A stretch of DNA of 64,000 nt from Octopus vulgaris (lineage: Eukaryota). Below the pieces are notes generated by a model that saw only the letters and a list, made by a program, of their open reading frames with translations, had not been told where the DNA came from and did not search any database. The stretch covers positions 68,820,001 to 68,884,000 of the forward strand of contig OX597830.1 in the NCBI GenBank assembly GCA_951406725.2, read 5' to 3'. Made by a program: the position numbers and the translations under genes. Of the stretch, positions 14,040 through 28,135 are shown in pieces. The number at the start of each line of letters is the position of its first letter. Position 1 is the stretch's first letter.

Positions 14040-14232
14040 GCATTAGCTCACTTTCTCCATCAAATCGACATCACCTGTACAGGTGCTTAGTGTGCCACAA
14101 ATGAGATGTCCAAGTGGTTGCAGAACAACGTGAAATGAAGCGTTTAGCTCAAAACCCAACACACCACCCGGCCTGGAAATCGAACAGACGATTACGGGAG
14201 CAGCACCCTAACCGTTTGGCCATGTGCCATCA
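14040..14232 (-). mobile_element. Decayed tRNA-derived SINE
   Basis: Minus-strand head gtgatggcacatggccaaacggttagggtgc...gttcgatttccagg resembles the 37570 copy. Confidence 0.55.
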
Positions 14233-15869
14233 CACAGACTCACCCACGCTAATTTTTGTTTTTTGGTTCAATAACTTCATATCAATCCCATTAATCCAAG
14301 GGTCACGACTAATAATAAATGCTTGATTTTCTAACATAATACCTTTCCTAATCTTGTAAGTTAATAGACACAAATAAGTGCTTAAAATACCTCACGCCGT
14401 TTATACAGGCATCCTTTGTTTTGCGGAACCTCAGGTTACTGAATTTCATACATATAGAAATACAGAAATATGATCACTAATTTCGGAATACTGCCTTTAT
14501 TTCGCTCCACCCTCATTATAATGCAGGTAAATGTTAAATCATAGTATCAATGATTTTTTTTTACCTTGAACAACACCTGCCTCTCACTACTTCCGTCTTC
14601 ATGTTGGTGTCTTGTGCACTTATTGTTTTCATACTTTCTCTCACCTACCCGCTCCCTTCTTGGCATCCCTCACATTGTTTGAGCATGTGTCCATTTTTAC
14701 ATAAGTTTGGTGAAGGATAATACATCGGCAATATTGTAAAAAACATTGTGTGTGTGTGTGTGTGTGTATTACAATACTTTCATAAGAATGTGGCAGCATA
14801 TGTAGCCATATCATTCAGACGTTTTAGATTTTGCAAAAGGTCTACTTTCAGGATATTTCATGCGGACAGACTTCTACCAATTGTTCAGTTTTAATTATAT
14901 CTGACTCATTCTTTGCTTTCCTTTTTTTCTCTCTCTCTCCCTCTCTCCCCTTTTATGTATTAATTTATTTCATCTACGAAATCAGTCCCTTAAATAACTT
15001 CATTTTAAATACAGAAAGATCTCAACTTAATAATTCGAATGATTATATCGTCAAGTGATGAGATTTGAAGCAAGCAGTTTTTGGAAGGTTTTGATAAAAA
15101 GCAAGCAGTTTCCGAATAAACGATCATTTGGTTAAATACATCATTTAAAATGATAAATAAGAAAATGTCTCTAGTTTTTTTCTATTTTATCCCTCAATTT
15201 TCATTTGCTGTTCATTTGGATTCATCACTTGATGTGGCTTTGCAACTTGTACTTAGTTCACATGAGTAGAAGGTGTATCTCATTACTTTAAAAATGCATC
15301 AAGCATTCCTAGGTTTCGCAACCAGTCTTCTTATTTTCTTTATAAATTTCATAAATCAGATGCAGTATATATTTAAATCAGCATCAACTTTCCTATGTTG
15401 CTCAAACTTTGTATCTTGGAACTAGAAATTCTCTTGCTTTTTAAATATGTGAAAAGGTTTTATGAATTCATTCAAGAGAGAAGCAATAATGAGTTTCCAC
15501 TATTTGGTCTTTTTTCTTCAGTTTATTTAGAGTGTTTTTATTAATTTATAATGAATTTAGAGTATATTTATTAATTTATAATGAATTATTGTAAAGGGAA
15601 AACATGCACACAATGTTAACCTGCAAACAAAATGAATGGCTGACCGAATGGAAAACATTCACAAACACATTATTGACGTCCAGTGTTGTAATTAAATTTG
15701 TGTAGCAATCTTTATGAATGCTTAATATTATTTTACGGGGTTGCCTGCTTAATAAGCGCAAATTACTAGGTTTGGATGTGATAATCATCAGCGAGACTAG
15801 GAATTCGAATACACGCAAATTTGCACCCGTTTGTAGCAGATTCAATATCTTCACATTTCTTATTAAATC

Positions 15870-17850
15870 TGGAATGGGTGGTGGGGTGGCGAAGTGACAG
15901 GATTATTTCGGAAAGACCTGGGACTAGAGATCCATTCAATTTCCGTGGACCTGGGCAGACATGATTCTCGAGATGCGTTTTGTCTTCCTGGACTCTATGT
16001 TATTGGTTGTAGATGTGAACAGTAGCGAAGGTAGTGCCTTTAGACTGATAACTGTGTGTTCTTCACTGTGGAAAGGAAGCAGGATTTCTTCAGGCCTTTC
16101 GAGGGTTTCCTAGGAACGTCCCGATCTTTAGTGCTAGTGTGTAATTGCAACGCCATCTTGAATGCACGTCTCACATACTGGCAGCACATCTGGCCCTTGA
16201 TCTATTCTTCTACACTAAGCACGAAGGTTGAATTTTCAGAGCTAGAGTATGCGATCGAAGGAATAAGGGTGGAAGATGCTCAATGCAGCAACAAGGCCAC
16301 AATTCGACCTTTGGCGAATTTGGAAGGGTGCGTGACGCTCTACTACAGCAGATGTGACACTTCGCTCAACTATTTGGGTGGCTAGTCGATGGTGGACGAT
16401 GGATGGAGATGAGCTTTACTGCCTACATCGATGGTGTGCCATGGCTCTTGGCCTGGAATGCGAAGTTCTGTAAAAAGCCGATATCAGCTGATGAAATACG
16501 GGAAACAATATCGGGCTGGACGATGGAGGAGTCGCCGGGGCCTGATGGTCTGTCCTTCAAGCTTTATCGTCATATGCCAGACTTATTCAGGGACTGCTTG
16601 ACAGATTTCTATTGCAACTGGCAATAAACGTGGGAATATCCAGTTCTGTGGAAAGAAGTGTAGTGTTGCTGCTGAGAAAGGACCCGAACAAGGGAGATGG
16701 TTTGAAGATTTTGACCAAAATATTATCGAAAAAGTTGGTACTGGTCCTCGATACTCCGATAGGTGAGGCACTGAATGTGCTAAAGCAAACAGATTTATCT
16801 ATAACAATCTCCACCTCACATGGTGCACCACAGAAAATTTAGGTAAAAAGCCTGGCATAGGTGGGGTTCTGGTTAATTTAAATCAGTTGGAACCGTTTGA
16901 TAGAGTTGACCATTAATACTTGGTGGCATTCCACTAAGTAATTGGATTCGGGCTCGTCTGCAGAAGCTAGATCATTACAATTTATTGTGTCATTTGCTTG
17001 GTGGTAACTTTAAATAGTCACCTATCGGTACTGTTTAGTATCAAGCACTCCGACCGTCAAGGATGACACCTCTCTTCCCTTTCTCTTCTGTACGTAGTGT
17101 CCTAAGAGTTACTTCCTCTGAATTTGGGGGTTAAATGGGTTGGGGGCATCCCGTCAGAACTCTGGCATGAAAGATCCATGATTGCAGAAGCGGGTAATTG
17201 TCAGTGAAATAATGTCGGAGCTGTTTGGTACTACACTGGGGAGCTGCGAGACGGGGACAGGAACAAAAGTTAACCAGAAGACGTCGGTGAGATTGCATCT
17301 GGGTACCTGGAGAAGCAGGTCCATGCCGTCCAACAGCATCATGGGGCAGTGGACGACTGTACCGGTTTAATTGCTCACGATTTGGTTTGATCCAAATCTC
17401 CAAGTGGAACAGACCTGGGAGACGTGACTTGTGGGGTGGCTAGTTTCAGTCAGAAATGGGCTGTGAAGAAACTGTCCATGAAAGGCTTACTTTGCTTATG
17501 TTATCACCAGACTCTCGTGCCTTGCTCCACTTCATGGCTGATGAGATTGAAGCGTTTGGTTTTTCTTTTTCTGCGGAAGGGATGTGATCTATTGGTCAAA
17601 CAGTTCATTTGCTGTCAACATACGCTGAGTGGAGGACCGATCATGCAATGTCTAGTGATGCGCAGTCACGCTCTGAGCCTGCGACATGTCCAACATTTCC
17701 TTGACGATAAGGATGTGCGATTACCGATTGTTAGATCCAAAGATCGTGCCCCTGACTGAGCTGGACTCCTGGATGGAGCGTAGACTAAGGCAGGGTGCTT
17801 GGCAGCTTGAGTGCTGGCAGGCGCTTACTCCTTACTGGCATTTCTTCTCG
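15870..17850 (+). mobile_element. Highly degenerate L1/Tx1-clade LINE ORF2
   Basis: Fragments SPGPDGL, LLRKDPNKGD, FDRVDH and RQG in shifting frames with many stops. Confidence 0.7.
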
Positions 17851-18089
17851 CTCTTTATGTTCCAGCTTCAAATACCACCACGGTCAACTTTGCTTTCATC
17901 GTTTTCGGGATCAATAAAATAAGAACCCAGTGAATTCTGGGGCCGATTTAATCGACTTGTTTGCTCCCTCAAGATTCCATTTAAGAGTTTACATCAAATA
18001 ATAGTCCTATTATTTGATGAAAACTCTCAGCTTATTTTGCTGGGTATGATGGAAAGTGTCGGATGTTCACTGCAAGCAGACACTGGTGA

Positions 18090-18480
18090 CATTAGTTTAC
18101 TGATCATGCTTCAAGAACCCTGCGGAGAACTCTTACAGCTGCAAGCAGTGCTGATTTTTGAGGGTATTTATATTTATATTTGTAGCAACCCTTTGCGCCA
18201 TGTTGGTAGTTGAGTGTTGATACTGCCAAGGGCGCCAATTACTATTGGTATCACGTCCACACTTTTCATTACCCACAACTTTCGTGTATCCAAAACACTC
18301 GTAGTTGTTCAATTTCTTTCTTTGTTCCTCTTTGTTCACCACAACAATGTCAAGTTTTTGACGTCTGATATGATGGTTACACCGAATCATTGCATCCGAC
18401 AGGACTTTGCAGTCTTATATTTAGGATTTGTTCATACTACGTCTTTGCTATTTTTAGGCCGTGAGTTCCACAGAGTTCCT
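18090..18480 (-). mobile_element. R4/Dong-like LINE C-terminal (RLE) remnant
   Basis: HHIRRQKLDIVVVNKE resembles the RPDIVV motif of restriction-like endonucleases. Confidence 0.55.
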
Positions 18481-18732
18481 ACCAATGAAATTGTTAGAAT
18501 GTCAAAAAAAATATTTTGCCTCTTTTGTTCCGGATTTTTATATTCTGATTTCAAATCTTGTCACAGTCAACTTTGTCTTTCATATTTTCAGGGCTGACAA
18601 AATAAAGTACTAGTCAGGTACTGAAGTCGATCATACTAACTCTTATTTTCCTTGATGGTCTTGTGTGAACATTAGAAAGAATTTTTATTATCGCTATATG
18701 TTGAATTAGTAGGTTGGTGGGTACATTATCTA

Positions 18733-18950
18733 AGGCTGCAAGCTGGCAGAGTCATTAGCATGCTGGACAAAATGCTTAGCAGTATTTCACTCATCTTTAC
18801 ATTCTGTGTTCAAATTCTGCTGAGGTTGACTTTGGCTTTCATACTTTCAGAGTCGTTGAAAATAAGTGTCAGTTGAGCACTGGGGTCGATGTAATTGACT
18901 ACACCGTTCTCCCAAATTTCAGGCCTTGTGCCCGTATTAGAAACCATTAT
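18733..18950 (+). mobile_element. SINE family 2 (octopus-type); partial copies also at ~17885-17980 and ~18541-18690
   Basis: aaggctgcaagctggcaga...gttcaaattc...ggggtcgat...caaatttcaggccttgtgcc; homologous to the copies at 32340 and 44034. Confidence 0.85.
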
Positions 18951-18999
18951 CTTTATTTAAAGGTATGCACAAATATATTGCATTTGAATATCAGGTCAG

Positions 19000-19900
19000 A
19001 ACTGTTCATTTGGTATTGAGGACCTTTTGAGCAATCGTTGCAATTTCTAATATAACAGATTTCTGCATTAATCCAATTTTCGTATTATTTAAGAAACAAC
19101 CAAGTTTATTGGTATCAGTACCTCGGGCGCCTATAACTACTGGGATAACTTATGAAGAAACCCTCCAGAATTATTAAAAATCTTGGCATTTTCTTTTTGC
19201 TCTTCCGTTTTTTTCTTTTTTCAACTGGTACATTCAGACATAACCACACCTGGGATGACACACTCTTTGGAAACCTTATCTAGCACGATAGTATCTGTTC
19301 GTCTTGCTTGAATTTCAGGATCAGCTTTTCCCATAATACCTTAAACTGTTCATTCTCTATCACACTGTCTGGTCGTTGTTGGTACGATGATTCTCCCCTT
19401 AATCCAAAGCCTCTTTGAAGTAATCGTGCCTGCATTTATACTCTTTCTGTGAAAAAGGAACTCCAGTACTTATTATCTGCAGAATTGACTCGCCATTTTC
19501 GTTACACATTCTGTACTAAACACTTTCCATGGTTCTGTCTATTCTTGCTTTAATGACATTCGTTTGTAAAGACTGGATTTGAGCAACCACAATGAGGCCT
19601 TCTATTTGTTCTTTGATCTCTCCATTATTCAACCATAATCACGATTTATCTGCTGCAACATCCTGCCTTCGTCTGAAATGTTTACCATCTAACTCTTTTC
19701 AACAGTTGTTGCGCCTGTTTTCTTCTTTCCTTGTATTATTTCACAATCTGCAAAGTGTCTTCTCTCTTACTCTTCTATATCATATTCAGCCATCTCCATG
19801 CTGTTTTCTATCAATAACTATCACTTCTATTTTGCCTGTTTGGAGCTTTTTGATGATTTCCGGATGTGATCTTTATAATCCATTTATACTGTTCTCTCTT
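19000..19900 (-). mobile_element. Decayed LINE remnant, probably the N-terminal half of an R4/Dong-like element
   Basis: Coding-like composition on the minus strand, resembling 24000-24600; no intact ORF. Confidence 0.35.
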
Positions 19901-19923
19901 TCAGAGACGAAGAATTCTGTACA

Positions 19924-20198
19924 TTATTTACATTATTTACATTAGACGGTTATGTGTCCTCAGCTTGTTTGTTGTTATCAAAACGTTTCGGCTGATTTAT
20001 TCCTCAGCCTTCATCAGGTGTCCTGGTGGAATTTTAGTAACATCACCAACAAATACCTTAAGAATGAGAACTTAAGGTTGGGTCTAAAATTCCACTAGAA
20101 CACCTGATGAAGGCTGGAGAGTAAATAAGCCGAAACGTTGTGGCAACAACAAACAACACGAGGACACATATCCGACTAGTGTAAATAATGTAAATAAT
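19924..20198. mobile_element. Palindromic element with a hammerhead core in each arm (Penelope-derived inverted pLTR-like)
   Basis: Arms ~19924-20037 and ~20084-20198. CTGATGA-aggct..agcc-GAAACGTT at 20104-20139, and its inverted counterpart at 19982-20017. Confidence 0.8.
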
Positions 20199-20626
20199 AA
20201 TGCATCTATACTTATATAAACTGTGTTTCATATTACATTTGATGATTTTATTTTCCTAAACATTTCTAAATTATGCCTAAAATAATATGTTAAGGGATTT
20301 TCACTGATATCATGAAAACTGAACCTTATAAAAGTAAACTAATTATAAACACTATTTCATATCTTTATTTGAAAGCAATAATAGCTATGTTCAGATTTCT
20401 ACAACTAAACTGAAAATAAAAATATCTTTTCCCATTATATTTTCTGAGTCTATATCTGTGTGTAGTTGGATTTTTAGATGTGGTTATTCTTTGTCTTTTG
20501 CACACTACTGTTACTTATATACCTCCTCCTTCATATAAGCATATTGTTTAAACCTTGCTACTAACAGCTAAACATTATAACTCCAAAACTTTTTCTGCAA
20601 TTAACCATGTTTGTATTATTCTCTAG

Positions 20627-20679
20627 ATTCGAAGAGGTGGAGGACGAAGGCCGGTGGCAATGGCATCTTCTGCCAATGG
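20627..20679 (+). CDS. Micro-exon A1 (53 nt, phase 0->2) of an unannotated modular micro-exon gene; IRRGGGRRPVAMASSAN(G)
   Basis: Acceptor ttattctctAG, donor GTAAGT. Flanks 20200-21050 are homologous to those of A2 and A3. Length 3n+2. Confidence 0.75.
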
Positions 20680-21379
20680 GTAAGTAGACAAACATTTCCA
20701 TATTACATTTACTCATCATATTTAAAGACACCACTAAACCTCTAAATCTCTTCATATCTGATCCTTAGAGAATTTTAAGTATTGCTTTTATCCTTTAGTA
20801 TTTGAACAATTTCAACAATAATAAAAGAAAGAATAAACTATATTTACCCCACCATATTACTGGTATTTTTATAAAGGGAAAGCGATGTTATTGAGTATTT
20901 TCCATGATGGAAAAATGAAAGAGAATCGACAGTTAAGAAATGATATATGGCAAGTATTTTGTACAACAGCCTGTGAGTTCAGGTAACTTAGTCACCTTAG
21001 AAAAATTTAGAACATTAATAACCAAAATAAGATTAATGTTTTACGAAGTCTCTACACCAAGTGAAAGAATTGATATAAAATATACGGATTTTATTAATTG
21101 GCAGTGAATTTCTACCTACAATGCTATTTAATATTACGTCATTTCAATGATATTTGACGTATTTTATTGTGACAGAAAGTTTTAGTTGAATGAATCGGTC
21201 CCAGATCTTATTCTGTTTTTAAGCGTGGTATTTATGCTATCCGAAGGGTATTATTAATTAATATCCTAGAAACAGCTGGAAGAGCTTCTATCTATAAATG
21301 CTCTAATATCTATGCAGCCTTGGTTTTTTATCTTATAACGCAAAAAATTCATATATGATAGATCGTTAGCTACTACACA

Positions 21380-21540
21380 CATTTTTCTCTCCTTGTTTTT
21401 TCTGTGTCCCTTTCTGTAGAAGAACGTAGGCTCGAAACGTAAAAGACTTTTTCTATTCCTGAGCGTTATACTAATACATCTGTTTGTTTTGTACACCACC
21501 TCTCTTCGTCCTTTGTTTTTTCGAAAACTCTCCCTATATA
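21380..21540 (+). mobile_element. Short interspersed repeat with gaagagcgtaggctcgaaacgt motif (Penelope-terminal-like); further copies at ~28140-28310 and ~35350-35560
   Basis: Three homologous copies in the window. Confidence 0.65.
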
Positions 21541-21599
21541 TATATATGGATTTCATAGACAGAAACTTACAGAAATCAATCGTTTATATATGTATGTAC

Positions 21600-21757
21600 A
21601 TATGTAAGTGTATGTGTGTGACTTTGTTTCTGTGTTTCGCCCACATCACTGATTCACAACTGCTGTCCGTTTATTTACATCCCCATAACTTACTGGTTTC
21701 ACAAGAAGAAACTAATAGAATAAGTACCAGGCTTATCAACATAAAAAAGCACTAGGC
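21600..21757 (+). mobile_element. SINE family 1, decayed
   Basis: catccccataactta...atagaataagtaccaggctt. Confidence 0.55.
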
Positions 21758-22849
21758 TGTCTCATATTTTTGTTTGCCCACTCAGTTGTATCTATCAATT
21801 TATATTTGTGTGTATATACACTTTGCCCGTGTTACATGTAATTGAAGAATTAGACTTTTCTGTTATATTTTCTGTAATGTTTCGAATTTCATCAAAATTG
21901 CAGATGAGGGTTATTTCCCTCTTTACACAACCTAACAAAATTGTAATCGTAACACATGTATCCCATACTAATGATTTTTATGCGCATATTCCAAAATTCT
22001 AGTCTTATAGAACCTGTTAAAAGGATTTTGCTCCTGAAAAATGGAGGTCATGGAACGCTCTAAAATGTGAGAGTTAAGGCCTCTATTGGTGGGGGATGTC
22101 TTAATGTCAAGCAGAGAAGTTGAATTGTTGAGAATCTTTTTAACTAGGGTCTTATATCTATTGCTTGAATTTCTTTGAAATAGGAAATATATGTTCACTG
22201 GGTTTGTAAAATAGAGCAAAGCTACAGGAAACCAAAGGACGAATCATCACAATAAGCAGTCAGCTACCCTACTCCAGTCGTTACCACTCCCAATGTAATA
22301 TTCCCAATGTAGTATTACAGCCGTAAGATGCATTACGAATCTATAGTAATTGGAAGGGCGTGACCCAACTGAAATAAACATTAACAACTGTGTGACGTGA
22401 GGGCTAAGGATAAATGAAAGTTGGAGTTTGCAAATGACCACTGTACTGATACGTAACTGGACAGAATAAATTTACAATCTATAAATGTCTTTGAATAACA
22501 AGTCACTCATCTGGGAAGGCCTTGAAATCAATGTTACTCTCTGGGGACTATGTGTGACTCAGTGATAATAAAAAGACTGAAAGGAGGTCTGCAATCAAAT
22601 AACTTTACTCAACACTTTGCAACTGAATCAGCGGAAGCAAAGATGCCTCCCATTTTCTTGACAATTTATGCACCACATTGCAGAAATCACAATCTAAGTG
22701 TATGCCAAAGCAAACTCTTACACTGTTGTACCATTGAATTACAAATAATGCTCATCTTTATGCTCGGGTGACCCTACAGCTTCCAAGAGTACAACTGTAT
22801 TCGTCTTTGCTTAGATAAAATGATTAAATTGTGGGTATTAAGTCCCCAT

Positions 22850-23335
22850 TAAGGGTCTTTCTAACTTGCAAGAAGATGAAATTTTATAAATATTACTTCA
22901 TTTGTATCTTATATCTGTGGTTAAAATTTCATCAGCAGCAAAAATATATGAATTGTCATGGGGGTTATGGCCTTTATACATAGAATATAATTCCCAAATT
23001 TCGTGAAGATCCATTCAGTACTTTTGACCTAATTTTGGATCATAAAAGAAATGACTAAAATTTGGGAGTTAAGGCCCTCAATATGGTGTCTTAGAATCCT
23101 CATATGAAGTGGAATCTTTGAGAATACTTCTTGATGTGTATCAATTACTTCAAATATCATAAGGATCCATTCAGTAATTTTGGTCCATGAAATTGTATGA
23201 AACACACAGCATTGCCCTTCTCCCTAGGCTTTGATTTTGTGTTCTAAATTTCATTATGATCGGTGCAGCAGTTTTTGAATATATAAGTAACACGCGAACA
23301 CACATAAAGACATTGACGTTGATATAATAGATATG
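22850..23335 (-). mobile_element. Non-autonomous Helitron/HINE-like element with internal subrepeats
   Basis: Minus strand starts atctattatatcaa...aaaaactgctgcaccgatcataatgaaatt. Subrepeat gatccattcagta occurs at ~23008 and ~23164. Confidence 0.45.
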
Positions 23336-23999
23336 AATAATGTTGAAAAAAGCCTGCGAAACGCAGAACATAAACAAATGTGGCGTTAACAAAAAAAAAA
23401 GCACGAAGGAGTTCCAACAATAATAATCCAACAATGCAACACTCACGTACGAAATGAACTACTCCAAAGGCGAAGAAATTTGGAATGCCAGGAATGCTAT
23501 TCAAGTTCATTTTTATAGCCATAACCTCCACGAGATGCACGTGCATTTCGGTTTTCTTTTCAATAGTTTGCGACTGCTACCCACGACATTCAACGCAGCT
23601 GCATTTTGGCGTCCCGTTTCAGGAAAGTCTAAAGATTGCCTGTAATTTGGGTCTCAGCCATAAATCAGCATGTTTTGGAATATTTACTCTTACGTCACTG
23701 AAATATATTTAGAATATAAAATGACATTTGAAAAAGATTGCGTTTCTTTTGCGATTCAGTGTACATTAGGAAATCGTAGATAGTGACCACACAGCAATGC
23801 CAAATAATATCATAAGCACTGGGAGTGTAAGATACGAAGTCAAACGTAACGAAAAGGAAGAAAACAACGAAAGGCAACAAACCCAGGCCGCATGAATGTA
23901 TAATGATGAGCTATATGCACGAAATCAGAACACCACAGACAAAAAATATGAACAGGAAGGAAAGCGAAACAAATCTAAAACCTTAAAAGAGTGATTATG

Positions 24000-25345
24000 A
24001 TACTCTAAATATGAATATAATCAAAGAATTGAAAGGCTCAGATCTCAGTATGGATAACTGACTGTAGCTCCCCAAAATTAAGATTGATATTAAAGCCACA
24101 TTAATAATAAATAATAGGAAACTGGCCGTCACGGAACTAATACCCACAGAAACAAACGTCAGTATAATCAGGTTAAATGCTATAATATATCAAAGCTGGA
24201 TACCCTCTCAAACCCATCCAAACAGGAGAATTACCACCTAAAAAAATCTTGTGGATAAAGAATATCTAGAAAGAGATATAAAATAAAAGAAAGGATCTCT
24301 CAGTCCTTAAGGAAATTAGTAGACAATCAACACTACTAAGCAACAAGAACAGAACTAAAATACTATGGAAATAGAAAATTCTAGAACAAAGTATACCTGG
24401 GATAAAAGAACAGCTAAAGCAAGATATCCTCGCCAAAGTACAAAAAATCCGCCAGTATGAGATACGCCAACGTTTCTTTGAACAAAACAAACAGTTCTAC
24501 TCCAATTTCAAAAGATTCTACCTAGAACTTGGCAAAAATAAAATAGAGATCAATGGAAAGAAATATGGTCGGTGAGGGAACAACCTAGGAAAAGGTCTTT
24601 CAAAATAACAAAAACAGCTCCTCTACAAATCTGGACTCCTATAACAACTGAAGAGGTCGGCAACCATGCACTACAAGGTCTCCAATTTCTGGTTGAAATA
24701 TCAAACAGGAATACAGAAAACGATGCCCAGGAAATTTGATGAAATACTAAAAGAACCTGAGACAATATTTAAAGGGCCCATAGAAGGGAAACATTTCCTG
24801 ATTAGCAAGTCCACTGAAACGGGAAACCCACAAAATTACAAACCGATAACTTGTCTCGCTACAATTTACAAAACCTTTACTGCAGAGATTGGGCAAACAT
24901 CTGGAAGATAACAACCTGATTCTGAAACAGAAGAAGGGGTGCTGCAAAAGCATCAGCTACCTGTCAATAAAGCCATAACTGAAGACAGCCGACAAGAGAA
25001 GAATGGGGCAAGTATGACTGGGATCGATTATCGAAAAGCTTTTGATAATATTCTATGACCAAAGTAACGACAATAACCGAAAGAGAGCCGTCCCCGTTAG
25101 AACAGTAATATTTCTGGGAGACACGATCTTTCCACTCTTTCTGCTTGGCACTGATACCTTTATCTGACGTGCTAAATAGAATTAGATATGGATACAACTT
25201 TTACGGGAAAACAATCGACCAACTCTTGTATAAGAATGATCTAAAACTATACGCTACAAATGATAAACAGCTGGAAACAGTACAAGAGAGAGTACATGCC
25301 TTTGCCAAAGAAATAAACATGGAATTTGGCTTAGAAAAATGATAA
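24000..25345 (+). mobile_element. Degenerate R4/Dong-like LINE RT region
   Basis: NYKPITCLATIYK, LALIPLS and LLYKNDLKLYA (decayed YMDDLKLY), MEFGLEK. Confidence 0.8.
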
Positions 25346-25689
25346 AGTATTAGCGAAAAACTGATGAAGAATTAGCGAGTATCTGTGACTTATACATATA
25401 CGTTTTTAGCTGTTGCTTATTTCCATATATGGCTGTGCGCGCGCGCGTGCAAAATAGTGAGTTAAAAAACGAACATGAAAACAAACGGGACAACGTACAC
25501 AAAAATGTATTATAGCTTGACGCCCACTGAAAGGAGTAGGTATGACATTTCGATCATTTACACACACACACACACACATATATATACATATATATATATA
25601 TATATAAATATATATATGTATATATATGTATATATTATAGATAATATATGCCTATATACATACGCATATGTACATACTTACATTTATAC

Positions 25690-25759
<70 letters not shown>

Positions 25760-26311
25760 ATATGCATATCTGGGCATAGGACGTCATTAAACGTGTACAA
25801 AAATACGAAGCACGTGTACATGGAACACGAACTATTTTTTTCGAACAACGAAAGACATAAATGGAAAACAAAACAAACATGAAGAACGACCGCTCATCAG
25901 TTGCTGGTTGTTTCTCTATTCTCGTATTTCGAGCATTTAACAACAATATACGCATTCGATAAAACAGTTGCTCCCGCAAAGCAAATTAAGTAGAATTTGG
26001 GATTTTGCGGAGGATCAAAATAGGTAACACAACCAGGACAGTGAAAAGAAACAGGAAGGGCTGTTAAGCCTAAACGAGGTTGTGGTGACGAACGCGTAAA
26101 TTAAGCTAGGACATGATACAAGCAAGAACACGTCTTCCTTCTTCCAGCTACAACGGAGAGAAAATAAGAAAGATGTCCGATGGTCACGCGGGAGCCACGT
26201 GAGCAAGGAAGAGTGAAGGAGAGAATAACAGAGTAATAGGATAGAACAGTGGGAGAAGAGCAGGTAAAATAGTAATAATGATGATAATAATAATAATAAT
26301 AATAATAATAT

Positions 26312-26820
26312 ATATATATATATATAAAACTCTAGTTGTGTGAGTGTCTGTCCCCTTCGATTTAGATTCCTAACTCCTCCCACATTTTGCGGTACAGTTT
26401 AACCAAATTCGGGTATCTTATAGTCGTGATTCATATCGAGCCCGTCTGACTATTAGCGCGCGTCAACGATGAGTCTACGATTTTAAAAATAATTTAACAT
26501 CATTTTTTATTCCATTTTAATGCATAAAATGCATCGTGTGTCGATGGCGGCGAAGTTGGCGTCCACGCTCACAGCTGCACCTGTTTGCTTCTCCCCCTTC
26601 CCTCCCTCGTGAAGCTGTGGGGAAGGGAGTGTAAAGAAATCAACGTCGTAATGCGTTGTGAAGGAAACCAGCGTTCTTTTAGAACAACGATTTCATGGCT
26701 TGAAGACACCAAAACAAAAATGGCTAAGAAAGCCCGAATTTATAAGGGAAGTAACTCTCTAAAAATGCTTATATAGTTATTTCCCTTACAAACCCGAGCA
26801 ACGCCGGGCGATACTGCTAG
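26312..26820 (+). mobile_element. Non-autonomous Helitron
   Basis: Subterminal hairpin cccgagcaacgccggg followed by CTAG|T at 26817-26821; 5' end tatatataaaa merges into (TA)n. Confidence 0.8.
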
Positions 26821-26949
26821 TATATATATAAAAGGAAAAAGTAAAAAGAAACAAAGAAAATACACACTAGGCATAAAAGTAATGGTTCTTTTTCTTAGAA
26901 CAAAGATACATATATATACAATTAAATGATTTGAGGGGAAATTAAGAAG

Positions 26950-28135
26950 TATAAAAATCCTTACTATGAGTCATTATAGAAAGTCATACCGGTTTCGACA
27001 TCGCTGTTCACTAACTTTGAATCAACACCAATTTCCAAACGCTGTTGGGTCTAATAGTACCTGTATCTGTATCTGTATGCAAGGGAGGTAAGCTGTTCTG
27101 AAAGTGATGCAATTAGATTAATATGATTAATTGAGTATGAATGGTATATGAGATATTTGAGGATTAGTGGGATTACTTGTATTAGTAAGGTTAGTAGTGT
27201 CCTGTATTAAGTTGTGTGTTCATGTTAAGTTGTGGTTGATATTTATTACTGAAAGTTGCCTCTTTATTTAGTCATTACTGCACTGAGGTGTTCTGGGAGC
27301 ATTGAGAAAAAGGTAAAATTAGGAAGTTTGGTTTAAGACTCCTATCACATCTATCTATGTGCTCACTAACATGTATCTGTCTATACTGTGGGAAACTGAT
27401 TTGTTGTTTTTGAAGCGTTGTTCTTCGTGTTTGTCCTATATAGTAGTTTTGGCAACCTAAGCAAGTAATGACATAGATTTGGTTTTCAGAGGCAAAGTGA
27501 AATGTGACTTTATCTTAAATATTTCACCTTGTTTGAAGTGAAATTCTGTACCCCCCCCCCCCCCAAAAAAAAGGTGGAAGCATGTGCCCCAGTTAGGCCA
27601 CCCCATTTTCCACCTTTGGTTCCGTTGTTAAGGGATATAATCTTGCGCCGGTTAAATTTTGATAATTTTGTGTGAGTCCAAAATTTCGTTCATTGTTTAT
27701 CCCCAGTGCAAATGGGTAAATTCCGGATGATGATGTTGAATGCCTCATTGTTTCTGGAGTTATATGTGGAGATGTATAGGAGTACATTTAAATTTTGTGT
27801 AGTATTTCGGTTAACTTCTCTTAAGGCTCGTATGTCTGATTCCTTTGAGGTACCATATTTTTGCTGTGATAATTGGTATATTTTAATTTCTATATTACAA
27901 AATTCGCAATCAGTGGGGCAGCACGAGGTTCCACTGCAATTCCACATTTTTCTTGATAGTAAACTGTATCGGACATGAAGTAGTTGTTCTGGAGGTTAAA
28001 TTTCAGTGCAGGGATTGTGAAGCTGTGGCTGATGCGTCCTGGGATCTCTTCTGGGTATTTTTCTAGCCAGAAGAGGATTGCTTTTATATCATAATGGTGT
28101 GGGTAACTAGTGCACAAATTCACCACATCCAATCC
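26950..28135 (-). mobile_element. Penelope-like element remnant (RT plus GIY-YIG)
   Basis: DVVNL..QNNYF..YYQEKCGIA..AAPLIAN (RT) and IYVITCLGCQNYYIGQT at ~27430-27480 (GIY-YIG). Confidence 0.85.

Noticed and set aside
15150-15269. Possible first coding exon with a hydrophobic N-terminus (MINKKMSLVFFYFIPQFSFA...)
   Set aside because: Only a weak donor (GTACTT) precedes the stop, there is no paralogous support, and T-rich DNA gives hydrophobic translations by chance.
18592-18617. Apparent micro-exon ttttcAG...CAG/GTACTG
   Set aside because: It lies within a decayed SINE family 2 copy.
25880-25935. Minus-strand GCTCGAAA...CTGATGAG as a type II hammerhead
   Set aside because: Stems I and II cannot be paired convincingly.
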